Shown: positions 8,763 through 17,850 of the stretch, piece by piece
Layout: every line of letters starts with the position of its first letter
How positions within the stretch are numbered: position 1 is the stretch's first letter
Source: Crocosphaera subtropica ATCC 51142
GTDB taxonomy: Bacteria > Cyanobacteriota > Cyanobacteriia > Cyanobacteriales > Microcystaceae
Assembly (NCBI RefSeq): GCF_000017845.1
Contig: NC_010546.1
Location: forward strand, 4,440,001 to 4,472,000
Direction of reading: 5' to 3'
Length of the DNA: 32,000 nt
Position numbers and translations under genes: made by a program
Notes under the pieces: model-generated
Told to the model about the DNA's origin: nothing
Seen by the model: only the letters and a program-made list of their open reading frames with translations
Databases searched by the model: none

Positions 8763-9984
8763 TCTTGACATAATCATAACTTAAATCACAACCCCAAGCG
8801 ATACCTTTGCCTGAACCATTGCCGACGCAAACAGAGATTAAAACCGTATCGTCTTGTAAATATGTCCCATGTGCGGCTTGTTTCATGTAGTTACTGGCTG
8901 CTGAGCGATCGTACTGCAAAGGTTGTCCATTTTCCATCATTACATATTCACCCAGTACAATGCGTAACTCCTCTTGATTAAAAATAACCCCGGCACGGCC
9001 AGCAGCAGCAGCAATGCGTCCCCAGTTGGGATCACGGCCAAAAATGGCAGATTTAACCAAAGAAGAGCCAACAATAGTCTTAGCAATACGCCTGGCGGAC
9101 TCATCATCCGGCGCACCAGATACCTGTACCTCTACTAAACAAGTTGCCCCTTCCCCATCCCTTGCGATCGCTTTTGCTAAATGTTGACACACAGTAGTTA
9201 ACATTGTCTGCAAAGTTTGAGCATTTTTACTATTCATATCTGTAATGGCCGGGGTGCGAGATTGACCATTAGCCAAAGCAATTAAACTATCATTGGTACT
9301 GGTATCCCCATCTACAGTAATCTGATTAAAACTTTCATTGGCTGCAACGGTTAGCATTTGTTGCCATAACCCCGTTGAAACTGCAGCATCACAGGTAACG
9401 AATGATAGCATGGTAGCCATATTCGGATGAATCATCCCCGAACCCTTAGCAATACCCCCAACCCTCACAGGACGGTTATCGATCATGGTTTCTAAAGCAA
9501 TTTCTTTAGTGACTAAATCGGTGGTAATAATGGCTTTCGCTGCTGCGTCGTTACCATCTTCGGACAAATTGGCCACTAGTTGAGGGATTCCTGACCGCAA
9601 CGCCTCCATCTTTATCCGTTGTCCAATTACTCCCGTAGAAGCCAATAAAACCGCTTCTGGTGCAATATTTAAGGCTTGGGCGACTAATTGAGACGATTCG
9701 ATGGCATCTTGCCACCCCTGTTCCCCGGTGCCTGCATTTGCTTGACCGGCGTTACAGAGAATTGCTTTGGCACTGGCTTTTTGTTGTAGTTTTTGGCGAC
9801 AATAATCAACACAAGCCGCCCTTACCTGAGACGTGGTAAATACCCCTGCTGCGATCGCCTCTACATCGGAGACAATTAGGGCTAAATCGGGATTTCCTGA
9901 CGGTTTTAACCCGGCTGCGATTCCTGAGGCTTTAAACCCTTTGGGGGCGGTTATTCCTCCTGCAATTGTGCTGTAGTTTTCCAT
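8740..9984 (-). CDS. argJ: Bifunctional ornithine acetyltransferase / N-acetylglutamate synthase.
   Basis: GGITAPKGFKASGIAAGLK, KGSGMIHPNMATMLSF (the autoproteolytic T-containing motif) and the NAEYTT C-terminus are typical of ArgJ. The tracked start is TTG 9993. ATG 9984 sits 10 nt after GAGGA and is preferred. Confidence 0.9.
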   Translation of the reverse strand: MENYSTIAGGITAPKGFKASGIAAGLKPSGNPDLALIVSDVEAIAAGVFTTSQVRAACVDYCRQKLQQKASAKAILCNAGQANAGTGEQGWQDAIESSQLVAQALNIAPEAVLLASTGVIGQRIKMEALRSGIPQLVANLSEDGNDAAAKAIITTDLVTKEIALETMIDNRPVRVGGIAKGSGMIHPNMATMLSFVTCDAAVSTGLWQQMLTVAANESFNQITVDGDTSTNDSLIALANGQSRTPAITDMNSKNAQTLQTMLTTVCQHLAKAIARDGEGATCLVEVQVSGAPDDESARRIAKTIVGSSLVKSAIFGRDPNWGRIAAAAGRAGVIFNQEELRIVLGEYVMMENGQPLQYDRSAASNYMKQAAHGTYLQDDTVLISVCVGNGSGKGIAWGCDLSYDYVKINAEYTT

Positions 9985-10015
9985 AAAATGCAAGTCCTCT
10001 GGTTGTATTTATTGC

Positions 10016-10207
10016 TTACTGTGCGATCGCTGTTTCGTCTGTGGAGATCACAACTCGATCTATATTAAAGGTTTGTTTAAAGGTTTTCTGATTCTCTCCC
10101 TTTTTCTTTATCAACTGTTCACTGTTTGGCGACAGATAGTAATTATTGCTTTGACAGCTATTATGAGTGGAAGCAATTAATAAGATTATTGTCAGGGTGG
10201 ATAGCAT
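10016..10207 (-). CDS. Hypothetical small secreted protein or lipoprotein (63 aa).
   Basis: It has a hydrophobic N-terminus (MLSTLTIILLIASTHNSC) and lies immediately upstream of argJ on the same strand. No homology was recognised. Confidence 0.3.
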   Translation of the reverse strand: MLSTLTIILLIASTHNSCQSNNYYLSPNSEQLIKKKGENQKTFKQTFNIDRVVISTDETAIAQ

Positions 10208-10448
10208 ACCTATTAGGGAATTCTCTAGACCAATAAGAATTTTTAAGGCTTTTTGTTATTTTTACTGAAGAGTTGGGAATAGTATAGATAGCGGATCAGT
10301 ATTCAAACATTTTTCTGTCACTCATTGTTCCTATTGAGACCTGCTAGAGACTTTAAGCTATAGATTTAAAACTTAAAGTCATTGCTTGCTCTGACCGTTG
10401 CTCAATTCTGCTATCAATATTTACATCTTAAATCTAAAGGATAGATAT

Positions 10449-12872
10449 ATGGACAGCCAGCAAAACCACGAGTCTAACTCTATTAGTTCTAATAATGGTC
10501 ATGCTAACCATGAGCCTGAAATGACGAATGATCAACAAGAGAAAGACAAAATAATTATTAGTGGATATTCCCAAGTTAATGAGTATCAATCTAACGAAGA
10601 AAATGCAACCATCATTGCTAAAGAAGAAGCCATAGATAGTAAGAATCAAAAACTTACTTTTTGGCAACGCTTTAATCTAAAAACTAAAGCCACATTATTA
10701 GCGGTAGCCATTGGCACTATTCCCGTATTAGCCATTGGAGGTGTTAATTACTACTTAACTGAACAGTCTCTCACCAAACAAGAATTCAAGTACCAAAAAA
10801 CCAGAGCGGTAACCGTTAGTAATGACCTGACTCAATTTGCTAAAAATAATTACCAAAAAGTCATGGATTTATCCAGACTTCCTATTTTAACAAATCCCGA
10901 ACTATCTGAAAAGCTTAGTAAAGAAGAAAAGGAGAAAGCCTTAGAGAAATTTCTCAAAGATGGAGTGAATAGTATTGTCGTCATCGATGCTAAAACAGGA
11001 AATACGGTTTTAGAAGGTAGAGAAGCTAATAGAGAAGCAACTATTCCTAACTATAGTAAAATTGATTATTGGCAAGAAGTTGTTAAGACTAAAGAACCAG
11101 TCATCAATCCTTTAAGAATATCAAAAGCTAATAATTTATCTTCATTTTTTGTAGCTGCTCCAGTATTTCATGAAAAAACAGGAGAACTATTATATGTTAT
11201 TCGGACAAGAACCGATGCCAGCTATATTGATAATTTAATTCGTTCAAGTATTAAATATCGTTCTGAAGAAGTTGGTGATCAAGGAGAACCCAAATATTTA
11301 GTTACGGATCAAAATAATAAAGTATTTGTTTCTGAAAAACCCGAAGAAATTGATCAAGATATCAATAAATTTTTCCCTAAATTTTCAACCTTAAAAACGG
11401 CTCAAAAATCAGAAGTTGCTTTTGATGTCAGTCCCATCAATCAAGAAAAATATGTGGTTGCTTATACGCCCCTACAAAATGTTGATGGTTTACCCACTCA
11501 AGACTGGAGTATTATCGTCGCCGATAAAGTCAGTACAGCCTTTGCACCCCAACGTTATTTACTATTAACCTTTACCCTGGGAACTTTACTGACAGCGTTA
11601 GGGGTTGCCATATTAGCTGCGTATTTAGCGAACCGAGTCACCCAACCCATTATTAATGCAGCCCACGCCGTTGAACAAATTGGAGATGGAGAATTAGACA
11701 CCCGTATTGAAGTGACAGGAAATGATGAAATTGCTAAATTAGGGTCTAATATTAATCGCATGGTGGATCAAATTCAAACCCTATTGGTTGAACAAGAAGA
11801 AGCCACCCGTCAACGGTTAGAAGCGCAACAAGACAGCAAACAACAACAATTGATTGCCGAAAAAGAACGACAACAACAACAACAACTGCAAAATGAATTA
11901 ATGCGACTGTTGAGTGATATTGAAGAAGCTACCAACGGCAACTTAACCGTTCGTGCTGAAATTTCTGACGGACAAATTGGTATTGTGGCGGACTTTTTTA
12001 ACGCCATCATTGAAAGTTTACGGGACATTGTTACCCAGGTAAAACAAACCACCCAACAAGTGAACTTATCTTTGAGTGGAGATGAAAAATCTATCCAAGA
12101 ATTAGCCCAACAATCTCAAGGACAAGCCCAACAAATTCAACAGGTTTTAAACTCTGTTGAAGCTATGGCTCAATCCATTCAACAAGTCTCAGCCAATGCT
12201 CAAGCTGCAGCCCAAGCAGCCAGAGAGTCCTCCCAAACCGCTCAACTGAGTGGAGATGCTATGGATAATACCGTTAATAGTATTCTCCAATTACGGGATA
12301 CGGTTGGAGAAACCACCAAGAAAGTTAAACGGTTAGGGGAATCATCCCAACAAATTTCTAAAGTTATCTCTTTAATTAACCAAATTGCCTTACAAACTAA
12401 CTTACTTGCCATTAATGCAAGTATTGAAGCAGCCCGTGCAGGAGAAGAGGGACGAGGGTTTGCGGTGGTTGCAGAAGAAGTGGGACAGTTAGCAGCCCAG
12501 TCGGCCGCAGCTACCAAAGAAATTGAAAAAATTGTTGAAACTATCCAACGAGAAACCAGCGCAGTCGTTGAAGCGATGGAAGTGGGGACTGCCCAAGTTG
12601 TCGAAGGAACCAATTTAGCTGAAAGTACCAAAGAAAGTTTAGGCAAAATTGTGGTGGTTTCTCGTCAAATTGATGACCTCCTACAATCTATTTCTCAAAC
12701 CACAGTGTCTCAAGCGGATACCTCGAAATCGGTTACCCAATTAATGGAAGAAGTGGCTCAAGTATCCCAAAAAACTTCTGATTCTTCTATCCAGGTGTCC
12801 CATTCCTTACAACAAACAGCCCAAAAGGCTAATCAATTACAAGAGTCTGTTGATACCTTCAAGTTGAGTTAA
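10449..12872 (+). CDS. Methyl-accepting chemotaxis protein (PilJ/Tax-type): periplasmic sensor, HAMP and MCP signalling domain.
   Basis: Two TM segments flank a region of about 290 aa. The HAMP segment is [27 protein letters not shown]...[14 protein letters not shown]. The highly conserved MCP hairpin is [42 protein letters not shown] 10449 is preferred over the tracked TTG 10398. Confidence 0.9.
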   Translation: MDSQQNHESNSISSNNGHANHEPEMTNDQQEKDKIIISGYSQVNEYQSNEENATIIAKEEAIDSKNQKLTFWQRFNLKTKATLLAVAIGTIPVLAIGGVNYYLTEQSLTKQEFKYQKTRAVTVSNDLTQFAKNNYQKVMDLSRLPILTNPELSEKLSKEEKEKALEKFLKDGVNSIVVIDAKTGNTVLEGREANREATIPNYSKIDYWQEVVKTKEPVINPLRISKANNLSSFFVAAPVFHEKTGELLYVIRTRTDASYIDNLIRSSIKYRSEEVGDQGEPKYLVTDQNNKVFVSEKPEEIDQDINKFFPKFSTLKTAQKSEVAFDVSPINQEKYVVAYTPLQNVDGLPTQDWSIIVADKVSTAFAPQRYLLLTFTLGTLLTALGVAILAAYLANRVTQPIINAAHAVEQIGDGELDTRIEVTGNDEIAKLGSNINRMVDQIQTLLVEQEEATRQRLEAQQDSKQQQLIAEKERQQQQQLQNELMRLLSDIEEATNGNLTVRAEISDGQIGIVADFFNAIIESLRDIVTQVKQTTQQVNLSLSGDEKSIQELAQQSQGQAQQIQQVLNSVEAMAQSIQQVSANAQAAAQAARESSQTAQLSGDAMDNTVNSILQLRDTVGETTKKVKRLGESSQQISKVISLINQIALQTNLLAINASIEAARAGEEGRGFAVVAEEVGQLAAQSAAATKEIEKIVETIQRETSAVVEAMEVGTAQVVEGTNLAESTKESLGKIVVVSRQIDDLLQSISQTTVSQADTSKSVTQLMEEVAQVSQKTSDSSIQVSHSLQQTAQKANQLQESVDTFKLS

Positions 12873-12880
12873 ACACCATT

Positions 12881-12985
12881 GAAGGAGGCAGGAGTGGAAA
12901 GGCAGGCGGTTCAGAGGTTAGAAAGTGAGCAAGAAACCTCGCCTTGGTCACACCTCTCCCCTGCCTTCCGAGGCAGAAACCTCGG
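12881..12985. repeat. Nested palindromic G-rich element in the MCP-CheA intergenic spacer.
   Basis: Outer arms are 12881-12897 (GAAGGAGGCAGGAGTGG) and 12951-12968 (CACCTCTCCCCTGCCTTC). The inner hairpin is GAGGTT 12914-12919 / AACCTC 12935-12940. A second hairpin is CCGAGG 12968-12973 / CCTCGG 12980-12985. Confidence 0.6.
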
Positions 12986-13022
12986 TCAGTACACCGAATA
13001 ATCGCTCGTAGGGACATCAATC

Positions 13023-16022
13023 ATGACACAGGATAAAGAAAAAAAAGTCAGGTTACAATTTCTTACAGAAGCCCAAGAATATTTGAATAACCTAGAATCA
13101 GGGTTATTAGGGTTAGGAACTCATGGCATTCATCGTCAACAAATTGATCGCCTATTAAGGGCAGCCCATTCGATTAAAGGGGGGGCGGCCATGATGGGGT
13201 TTCAATCCCTTTCTGACATTGCTCACCGTTTAGAAGATTTCTTCAAAGTCCTCAAAGCTGAAGGAAGTCACAGGGTAGATGAAGAACTAGAAGGGCTATT
13301 TTTAAGCAGCGTCGATCGTCTCAGACAAATTGCCCAATGGAACCGTCAAGGGGTTGAGATTGACCCCACTTGGTTAAAAAAAGAGGTGAATCCTCTCATG
13401 GATGCCCTCTACGAACGCCTAGGTGATCCTCAACCAGAAGATGCGGTTAACCTTCTCTCAGAAGAAGCAGAGGAAGACATGGTTGTACTCATGTTTGAAT
13501 CGGAAGTGGAAGGCTGCTTACAACGGTTAGAATCAGTATTTCATAATTCCCAACGGCCTTGTTTACGGGAAGAATTTTTGATTGCAGCCCAGGAATTAGA
13601 AGGGTTGGGGCAGATGTTAGAGTTACCGGCCTTTTCTGCCCTCTGTCAGTCTATTATTCAAGGGATTGAAACCTATCCCGATGCCTTACCAACAGTGGCT
13701 AATTTAGCCCTACAAGCCTGGCGGCGATCGCAGGCCATGGTGATGATCGGACAACGGGAGATGATGCCCACCGAACTTAATTTCTCCTGTTTAAATACAA
13801 CGGAGTTAACAGAAACTTGGGAAGATAGGTTTGCCGGGTTCGATGATTCTCCTTTATCCTTTGGTATTCCCTCTAACACAGACTCCCCCTCTTTCTTAGC
13901 AGAGGCGTTAACCCAATGTGCTGATATGTCTCTAGAAGTGAATGCAGCTTTGGAGTTAGAGGAACAAGGGGACCCCTTGGAAATCATTATGACTCCAGAT
14001 ACCTTAAAGTCCTACGTTACGCCTCAAGAGTTTACTCAAGAAGCCCAAGCATTTTTAGCCGATTTAAACGATTCGACCCCTCAAACGCCTAAAGATTTTA
14101 TTATTACTTCCTCGTCTGACCAAGAAAAAGAAACCGAGGATGACCCTGAACAAGATACCATTCGGGTTCCTGTCAAACAATTAGAAACCCTCAGTGATCA
14201 ATTTGGAGAATTGACCATTGAACGCAATGGTTTAAATTTACAGATCAAACGGCTACGTCATCTTATTGAACGATTAAGCGATCGGGTCGGCATCCTCGAA
14301 GAGTCCAATCAACGGTTACGCCATACCTACGATCAGATCACACCTCAAGCTAAAAGTAGTGATCCTCAAATCATCAATACTCTGTTGCAAGAGTTTGATT
14401 TATTGGAAATGGATCGTTATGGCGATGCTCATCTTGTCTCCCAAGAAATTATGGATACGGTGGTTCAACTCCAAGAAGTCACCAACGATTTACAACTCAA
14501 TTTAGAAGATACGGAAAGTTCTTCACGAGCTTTTTCTCGCACGTCTCAATTAATGCAGAATACTATCACCCAATTGCGAATGCGACCTATTTCTGATGTG
14601 GTGGGACGGTTTCCTAGGGGGTTACGACAAATGGAAGTGCAATATGGAAAACAGGTCAATTTGAAGATTAAAGGAGGTGCAACCTTATTAGATCGAGCCG
14701 TACTAGAAGCCTTAAATGATCCGTTATTACATCTTTTACGCAACGCTTTTGATCACGGGATTGAATCCCCGGAGGTTCGTCAAAGGATGGGAAAACCTGC
14801 CACAGGAACCATAGAAATTACAGCCGGTTATCGGGGCAATAAAACAGTGATTACCCTGCAAGATGATGGAATGGGTATTGATTTAGAGAAAATTCGGGAC
14901 AAAGCGTTGGAAATGGGATTACAAGAAGCTGATCTTCAACAGGCCAGCCATCAAGACTTATTAGACCTTATTTTTGAACCTGGGTTTAGTACCGCAGCCA
15001 AAGTAACCGACTTATCCGGTCGTGGGGTAGGAATGGATGTGGTTCGCACCAATTTACATGAAATTCAAGGGGATATTCAGGTCAATACACAGCCAGGAAA
15101 GGGGACAATATTTACCATTACGGTTCCTTTTACTCTCTCAGTGGTGCGGGTCTTGTTAGTGGAAAGTGGCAGAATGTTATTGGCTTTTCCTCATACTGTC
15201 ATTGATGAAATCGTCCGTCTGCATCCTGAAATGTTTGTGAGTGGTGCAGGTCAAGAGGTTCTTAACTGGGATGGTTCTTTAGTTCCTCTCATCAGCTTGA
15301 AACAATGGTTTAATTTCCCCAGGCCTCCGCAGATGATTCCAACGGATGTAACTCCAGTGATTGATGAACCAACAGTTTTAATGATTGCTCATGGTAACAA
15401 TTATCTGGGGATTCAAGTTGATCGCTATTGGGGTGAACAAGAAGTGGCTATTCGACAAGTAGAAGGTAATATCGGATTACCTTCAGGGTTTGGTGGATGC
15501 ACCATTTTAGGAGATGGTCGAGTGGTTCCCTTGGTGGATGTGATGGGATTGTTACAATCAAATGATAGTGATTCTTCTCCATCTTCTTTTACCCCGAAAC
15601 TTTCTCCCACCGTGACTGAGTTAGACTCACAATTTATTGATAATCAGTCTACGGGGATTATGGTGGTAGATGATTCTATCAATGTCCGTCGCTTCTTGGC
15701 CTTAACATTAGAAAAAGCTGGTTATCGGGTAGAACAGGCTAAAGATGGTCAAGATGCTTTAGATAAGTTACAAGGGGGTTTAGGGGCAACGGTTCAACTG
15801 GTGATCAGTGATATTGAAATGCCTCGTCTTGATGGTTATGGTTTACTCTCTCATCTCAAATCTAATCCTCTCTTTCAACCCTTACCTGTCATTATGCTAA
15901 CGTCTCGCAGTGGGGACAAACATCGTCAATTAGCGATGAATTTAGGGGCTTGTGCTTATTTTTCTAAGCCGTTTAAAGAAACTAATTTATTAACGACTAT
16001 TAAACAGTTTATTGAGCATTAA
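13023..16022 (+). CDS. CheA-like hybrid histidine kinase (PilL-type): Hpt, dimerisation, HATPase, CheW-like and receiver domains.
   Basis: Hpt is RAAHSIKGGAAMMGF. The N/G boxes are HLLRNAFDHGIE, DDGMGID and GRGVGMDVV. A CheW-like segment follows. The C-terminal receiver is MVVDDS...ISDIEMPRLDG...SKPF. Confidence 0.9.
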   Translation: MTQDKEKKVRLQFLTEAQEYLNNLESGLLGLGTHGIHRQQIDRLLRAAHSIKGGAAMMGFQSLSDIAHRLEDFFKVLKAEGSHRVDEELEGLFLSSVDRLRQIAQWNRQGVEIDPTWLKKEVNPLMDALYERLGDPQPEDAVNLLSEEAEEDMVVLMFESEVEGCLQRLESVFHNSQRPCLREEFLIAAQELEGLGQMLELPAFSALCQSIIQGIETYPDALPTVANLALQAWRRSQAMVMIGQREMMPTELNFSCLNTTELTETWEDRFAGFDDSPLSFGIPSNTDSPSFLAEALTQCADMSLEVNAALELEEQGDPLEIIMTPDTLKSYVTPQEFTQEAQAFLADLNDSTPQTPKDFIITSSSDQEKETEDDPEQDTIRVPVKQLETLSDQFGELTIERNGLNLQIKRLRHLIERLSDRVGILEESNQRLRHTYDQITPQAKSSDPQIINTLLQEFDLLEMDRYGDAHLVSQEIMDTVVQLQEVTNDLQLNLEDTESSSRAFSRTSQLMQNTITQLRMRPISDVVGRFPRGLRQMEVQYGKQVNLKIKGGATLLDRAVLEALNDPLLHLLRNAFDHGIESPEVRQRMGKPATGTIEITAGYRGNKTVITLQDDGMGIDLEKIRDKALEMGLQEADLQQASHQDLLDLIFEPGFSTAAKVTDLSGRGVGMDVVRTNLHEIQGDIQVNTQPGKGTIFTITVPFTLSVVRVLLVESGRMLLAFPHTVIDEIVRLHPEMFVSGAGQEVLNWDGSLVPLISLKQWFNFPRPPQMIPTDVTPVIDEPTVLMIAHGNNYLGIQVDRYWGEQEVAIRQVEGNIGLPSGFGGCTILGDGRVVPLVDVMGLLQSNDSDSSPSSFTPKLSPTVTELDSQFIDNQSTGIMVVDDSINVRRFLALTLEKAGYRVEQAKDGQDALDKLQGGLGATVQLVISDIEMPRLDGYGLLSHLKSNPLFQPLPVIMLTSRSGDKHRQLAMNLGACAYFSKPFKETNLLTTIKQFIEH

Positions 16023-16045
16023 TTCATTTTAAACATTCTTTGATT

Positions 16046-16567
16046 ATGACTATTTATTCTCATCATCGCTCTCGCCGTTTGGCTAATAAAAATAAGGAAA
16101 ATACTCGACAAATTGTTACTTTTCTTTTAGGAAAAGAATGGTTTGCTTTGCCTATTGATGCGATTCAAAAAGTTGTCCAATTAGGTAAAATTTATGGTGA
16201 TCCTCAACAGAAAGGTATTAGTTTAACTCATTATCAGGGTCAAGAATTATTAGTCATTGATGTAGCTCGTCGTATTTTTGGTACAGAGGTGCTTCTCTCT
16301 CATAAAGATACTGAGCAAACTCGTTTTTTACTAATTATTCACAATAAAAATAATGAAATAGTTGGATTACCCATTGATTCACCTCCCTCTATTCTAAGGA
16401 TTCCTGAATCAGCTTTGATTCCCTTACCCGATATTTATTTAACTCAAGGTAATATTGATTGTATTAGTTCTACTCTCATTCAAGTTAATGAGCAACAATC
16501 TTTCTTTTTATTAGATGTTAGTCAGCTAATGTCAGTAAAAGGCGACCATTTATCGGTTACCCATTAA
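16046..16567 (+). CDS. CheW-like coupling protein.
   Basis: IVTFLLGKEWFALPIDAIQKVV...VGLPIDS is the typical CheW fold signature. It follows the CheA-like gene. ATG 16046 is preferred over the tracked TTG 16040. Confidence 0.8.
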   Translation: MTIYSHHRSRRLANKNKENTRQIVTFLLGKEWFALPIDAIQKVVQLGKIYGDPQQKGISLTHYQGQELLVIDVARRIFGTEVLLSHKDTEQTRFLLIIHNKNNEIVGLPIDSPPSILRIPESALIPLPDIYLTQGNIDCISSTLIQVNEQQSFFLLDVSQLMSVKGDHLSVTH

Positions 16568-16622
16568 CTTATCTAATCTCCGGGCTTATTAATGTAAAAT
16601 AGGATGATCTTTTCTTTATTGA

Positions 16623-16694
16623 CTGGGGTGCTAGGATTCGAACCTAGGAATGGCGAGACCAAAACCCGCTGCCTTACCGCTTGGCGACACCCCA
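16623..16694 (-). tRNA. tRNA-Gln (anticodon UUG), 72 nt, CCA not encoded.
   Basis: The reverse complement folds as TGGGGTG TC GCC AAGCGGTAA GGC A GCGGG TTTTGGT CTCGC C ATTC CTAGG TTCGAAT CCTAG CACCCCA G. The cloverleaf is complete, with the T-loop TTCGAAT. It is near-identical in layout to E. coli tRNA-Gln(UUG). Confidence 0.9.
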
Positions 16695-16715
16695 ATATTT
16701 ATTGTTGCCTTTGTA

Positions 16716-16746
16716 ATTATAACAATAGGTGTCAGTGGTTTGTCAA
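16716..16746 (-). promoter_or_regulatory. Near-consensus sigma-70 promoter for tRNA-Gln.
   Basis: On the minus strand, TTGACA is at 16741-16746 and TATAAT at 16716-16721 with a 19-nt spacer. The -10 lies about 20 nt upstream of the mature tRNA 5' end. Confidence 0.5.
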
Positions 16747-16754
16747 GTATTTTT

Positions 16755-17741
16755 TTATTTATTTTTTACGGATAGTCTCTGAAACTGGGATGTTGAGTGC
16801 TTTTCAATTAAATAGTCAAGAAAAGAATGGTATTCTAACGGAAGATTCTCTCGATAGTCAGATTCCGTTAAGAGTTGAATAATTAAAGTAGGATGAACAT
16901 TATCTGTCTCAACTTCCTGGGGAGTAAAAGGAATATTCTCTAACTCGCAAAATAGTTCTTTTAACTCATGTAGAATGGGATGAAGACTAATTTTCATGTT
17001 ATTAATAGCTTCTTGAAAAATAGTGTTTTTGTTATCTAACTCAGCTTCAAATTTTTTCTGTTCTACTTTTAGTTTATTTTCATTGCCAGATAGTTCAGAT
17101 GAGATTTTCCAATATTTAATTCCTTTAGCGAGTCCATCAATCCCTGTAAAAATTGCTAAACTAAAAAATATTAAATAAAAGAGAGGATTAGCGACAAAAA
17201 ACATCGTTAATAACCCCACTCCTATATAGTTAGCTACATTTTGAATAGTATTCCCTGTTGTTTTTTCAAGTTTTTTCTGTTGCTGTTTAAGTTCTTCTAG
17301 GGTTTGAGTGTACTTATTTTGATTTAAGATGACAGTTTTTTGTCTTGTCTGTTCAAGTTGTTGAGTAAAATCTTGTTTAATAATTTCAGCTAAATAAGTA
17401 CGGTCTATTTCTTCATCTCCTGCCCAAATTTCTAATTGTGGTCGAACAAATACCCCATTTTCAAGTTTATTAACCGCTTCATCAAAGCAAAAATGACAGA
17501 TAAAATCCTGAGAACCGCAACCTGTTGGTAGTAGAAAAACGGGAACCGTACAAGGGGTAAAAATTGTACTCATTACCCTTGCAATGGTATCTGAACCAGC
17601 TTTTGTGATGGTATTGGTAACGGTTTTACTTGTTTCTAAAATCCAACTATTCATAGAATTTGCTACATTGATAGCTGGATTAGTAACAACTTTGAGACTA
17701 TCTAATTTTGGCAAATTTAAAAATTTTTTATGATTAATCAT
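16755..17741 (-). CDS. Hypothetical membrane protein: a Cys-containing N-domain and a 2-TM hairpin flanked by coiled-coil segments. Candidate effector of the SNF2/Hsp70-like cluster.
   Basis: 328 aa. The 4-Cys patch is PCTVPVFLLPTGCGSQDFICHFC. The hydrophobic hairpin is YIGVGLLTMFFVANPLFYLIFFSLAIFTGI, between heptad-like K/E/Q-rich stretches. No family was recognised. Confidence 0.6.
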   Translation of the reverse strand: MINHKKFLNLPKLDSLKVVTNPAINVANSMNSWILETSKTVTNTITKAGSDTIARVMSTIFTPCTVPVFLLPTGCGSQDFICHFCFDEAVNKLENGVFVRPQLEIWAGDEEIDRTYLAEIIKQDFTQQLEQTRQKTVILNQNKYTQTLEELKQQQKKLEKTTGNTIQNVANYIGVGLLTMFFVANPLFYLIFFSLAIFTGIDGLAKGIKYWKISSELSGNENKLKVEQKKFEAELDNKNTIFQEAINNMKISLHPILHELKELFCELENIPFTPQEVETDNVHPTLIIQLLTESDYRENLPLEYHSFLDYLIEKHSTSQFQRLSVKNK

Positions 17742-17802
17742 AGAATATTTGTCTTAAATATAAGAATAATTTAGTAAATCTTTGATAAAAGCTCTTTTTC
17801 TC

Positions 17803-17834
17803 AAAAAAATGAAAGGGGTGAACAGTTACACCCC
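17803..17834 (-). terminator. Rho-independent terminator-like hairpin 16 nt after the Hsp70-like gene's stop.
   Basis: The minus strand reads GGGGTG-TAACTGTT-CACCCC followed by TTTCATTTTTTT. On the plus strand, the stem arms are at 17815-17820 and 17829-17834 and the A7 run is at 17803-17809. Confidence 0.55.
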
Positions 17835-17850
17835 AGATTGATGGATTATT

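Noticed and set aside
1472-15610. Short antisense ORFs from the six-frame track lying inside large genes: 1472-1654, 4589-4804, 6650-6973, 7514-7729, 7736-7945, 10434-10667, 11555-11761, 11810-12052, 12242-12646, 13673-13987, 14546-14743, 15425-15610. The same applies to 19154-19375, 19455-19652, 24860-25057, 25002-25187 and 25160-25399.
   Set aside because: Each lies wholly inside, or mostly overlaps, a long ORF with clear family motifs on the other strand or in another frame. Their translations are low-complexity (Ser/Cys/Leu/Phe-rich mirror images of K/E/Q-rich genes). None has a recognisable motif or ribosome-binding site.
16604-16882. A 92-aa plus-strand ORF from the track.
   Set aside because: Its first third is the reverse complement of a complete tRNA-Gln cloverleaf. 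The rest is antisense to the 3' end of the 328-aa membrane protein gene. It is spurious.
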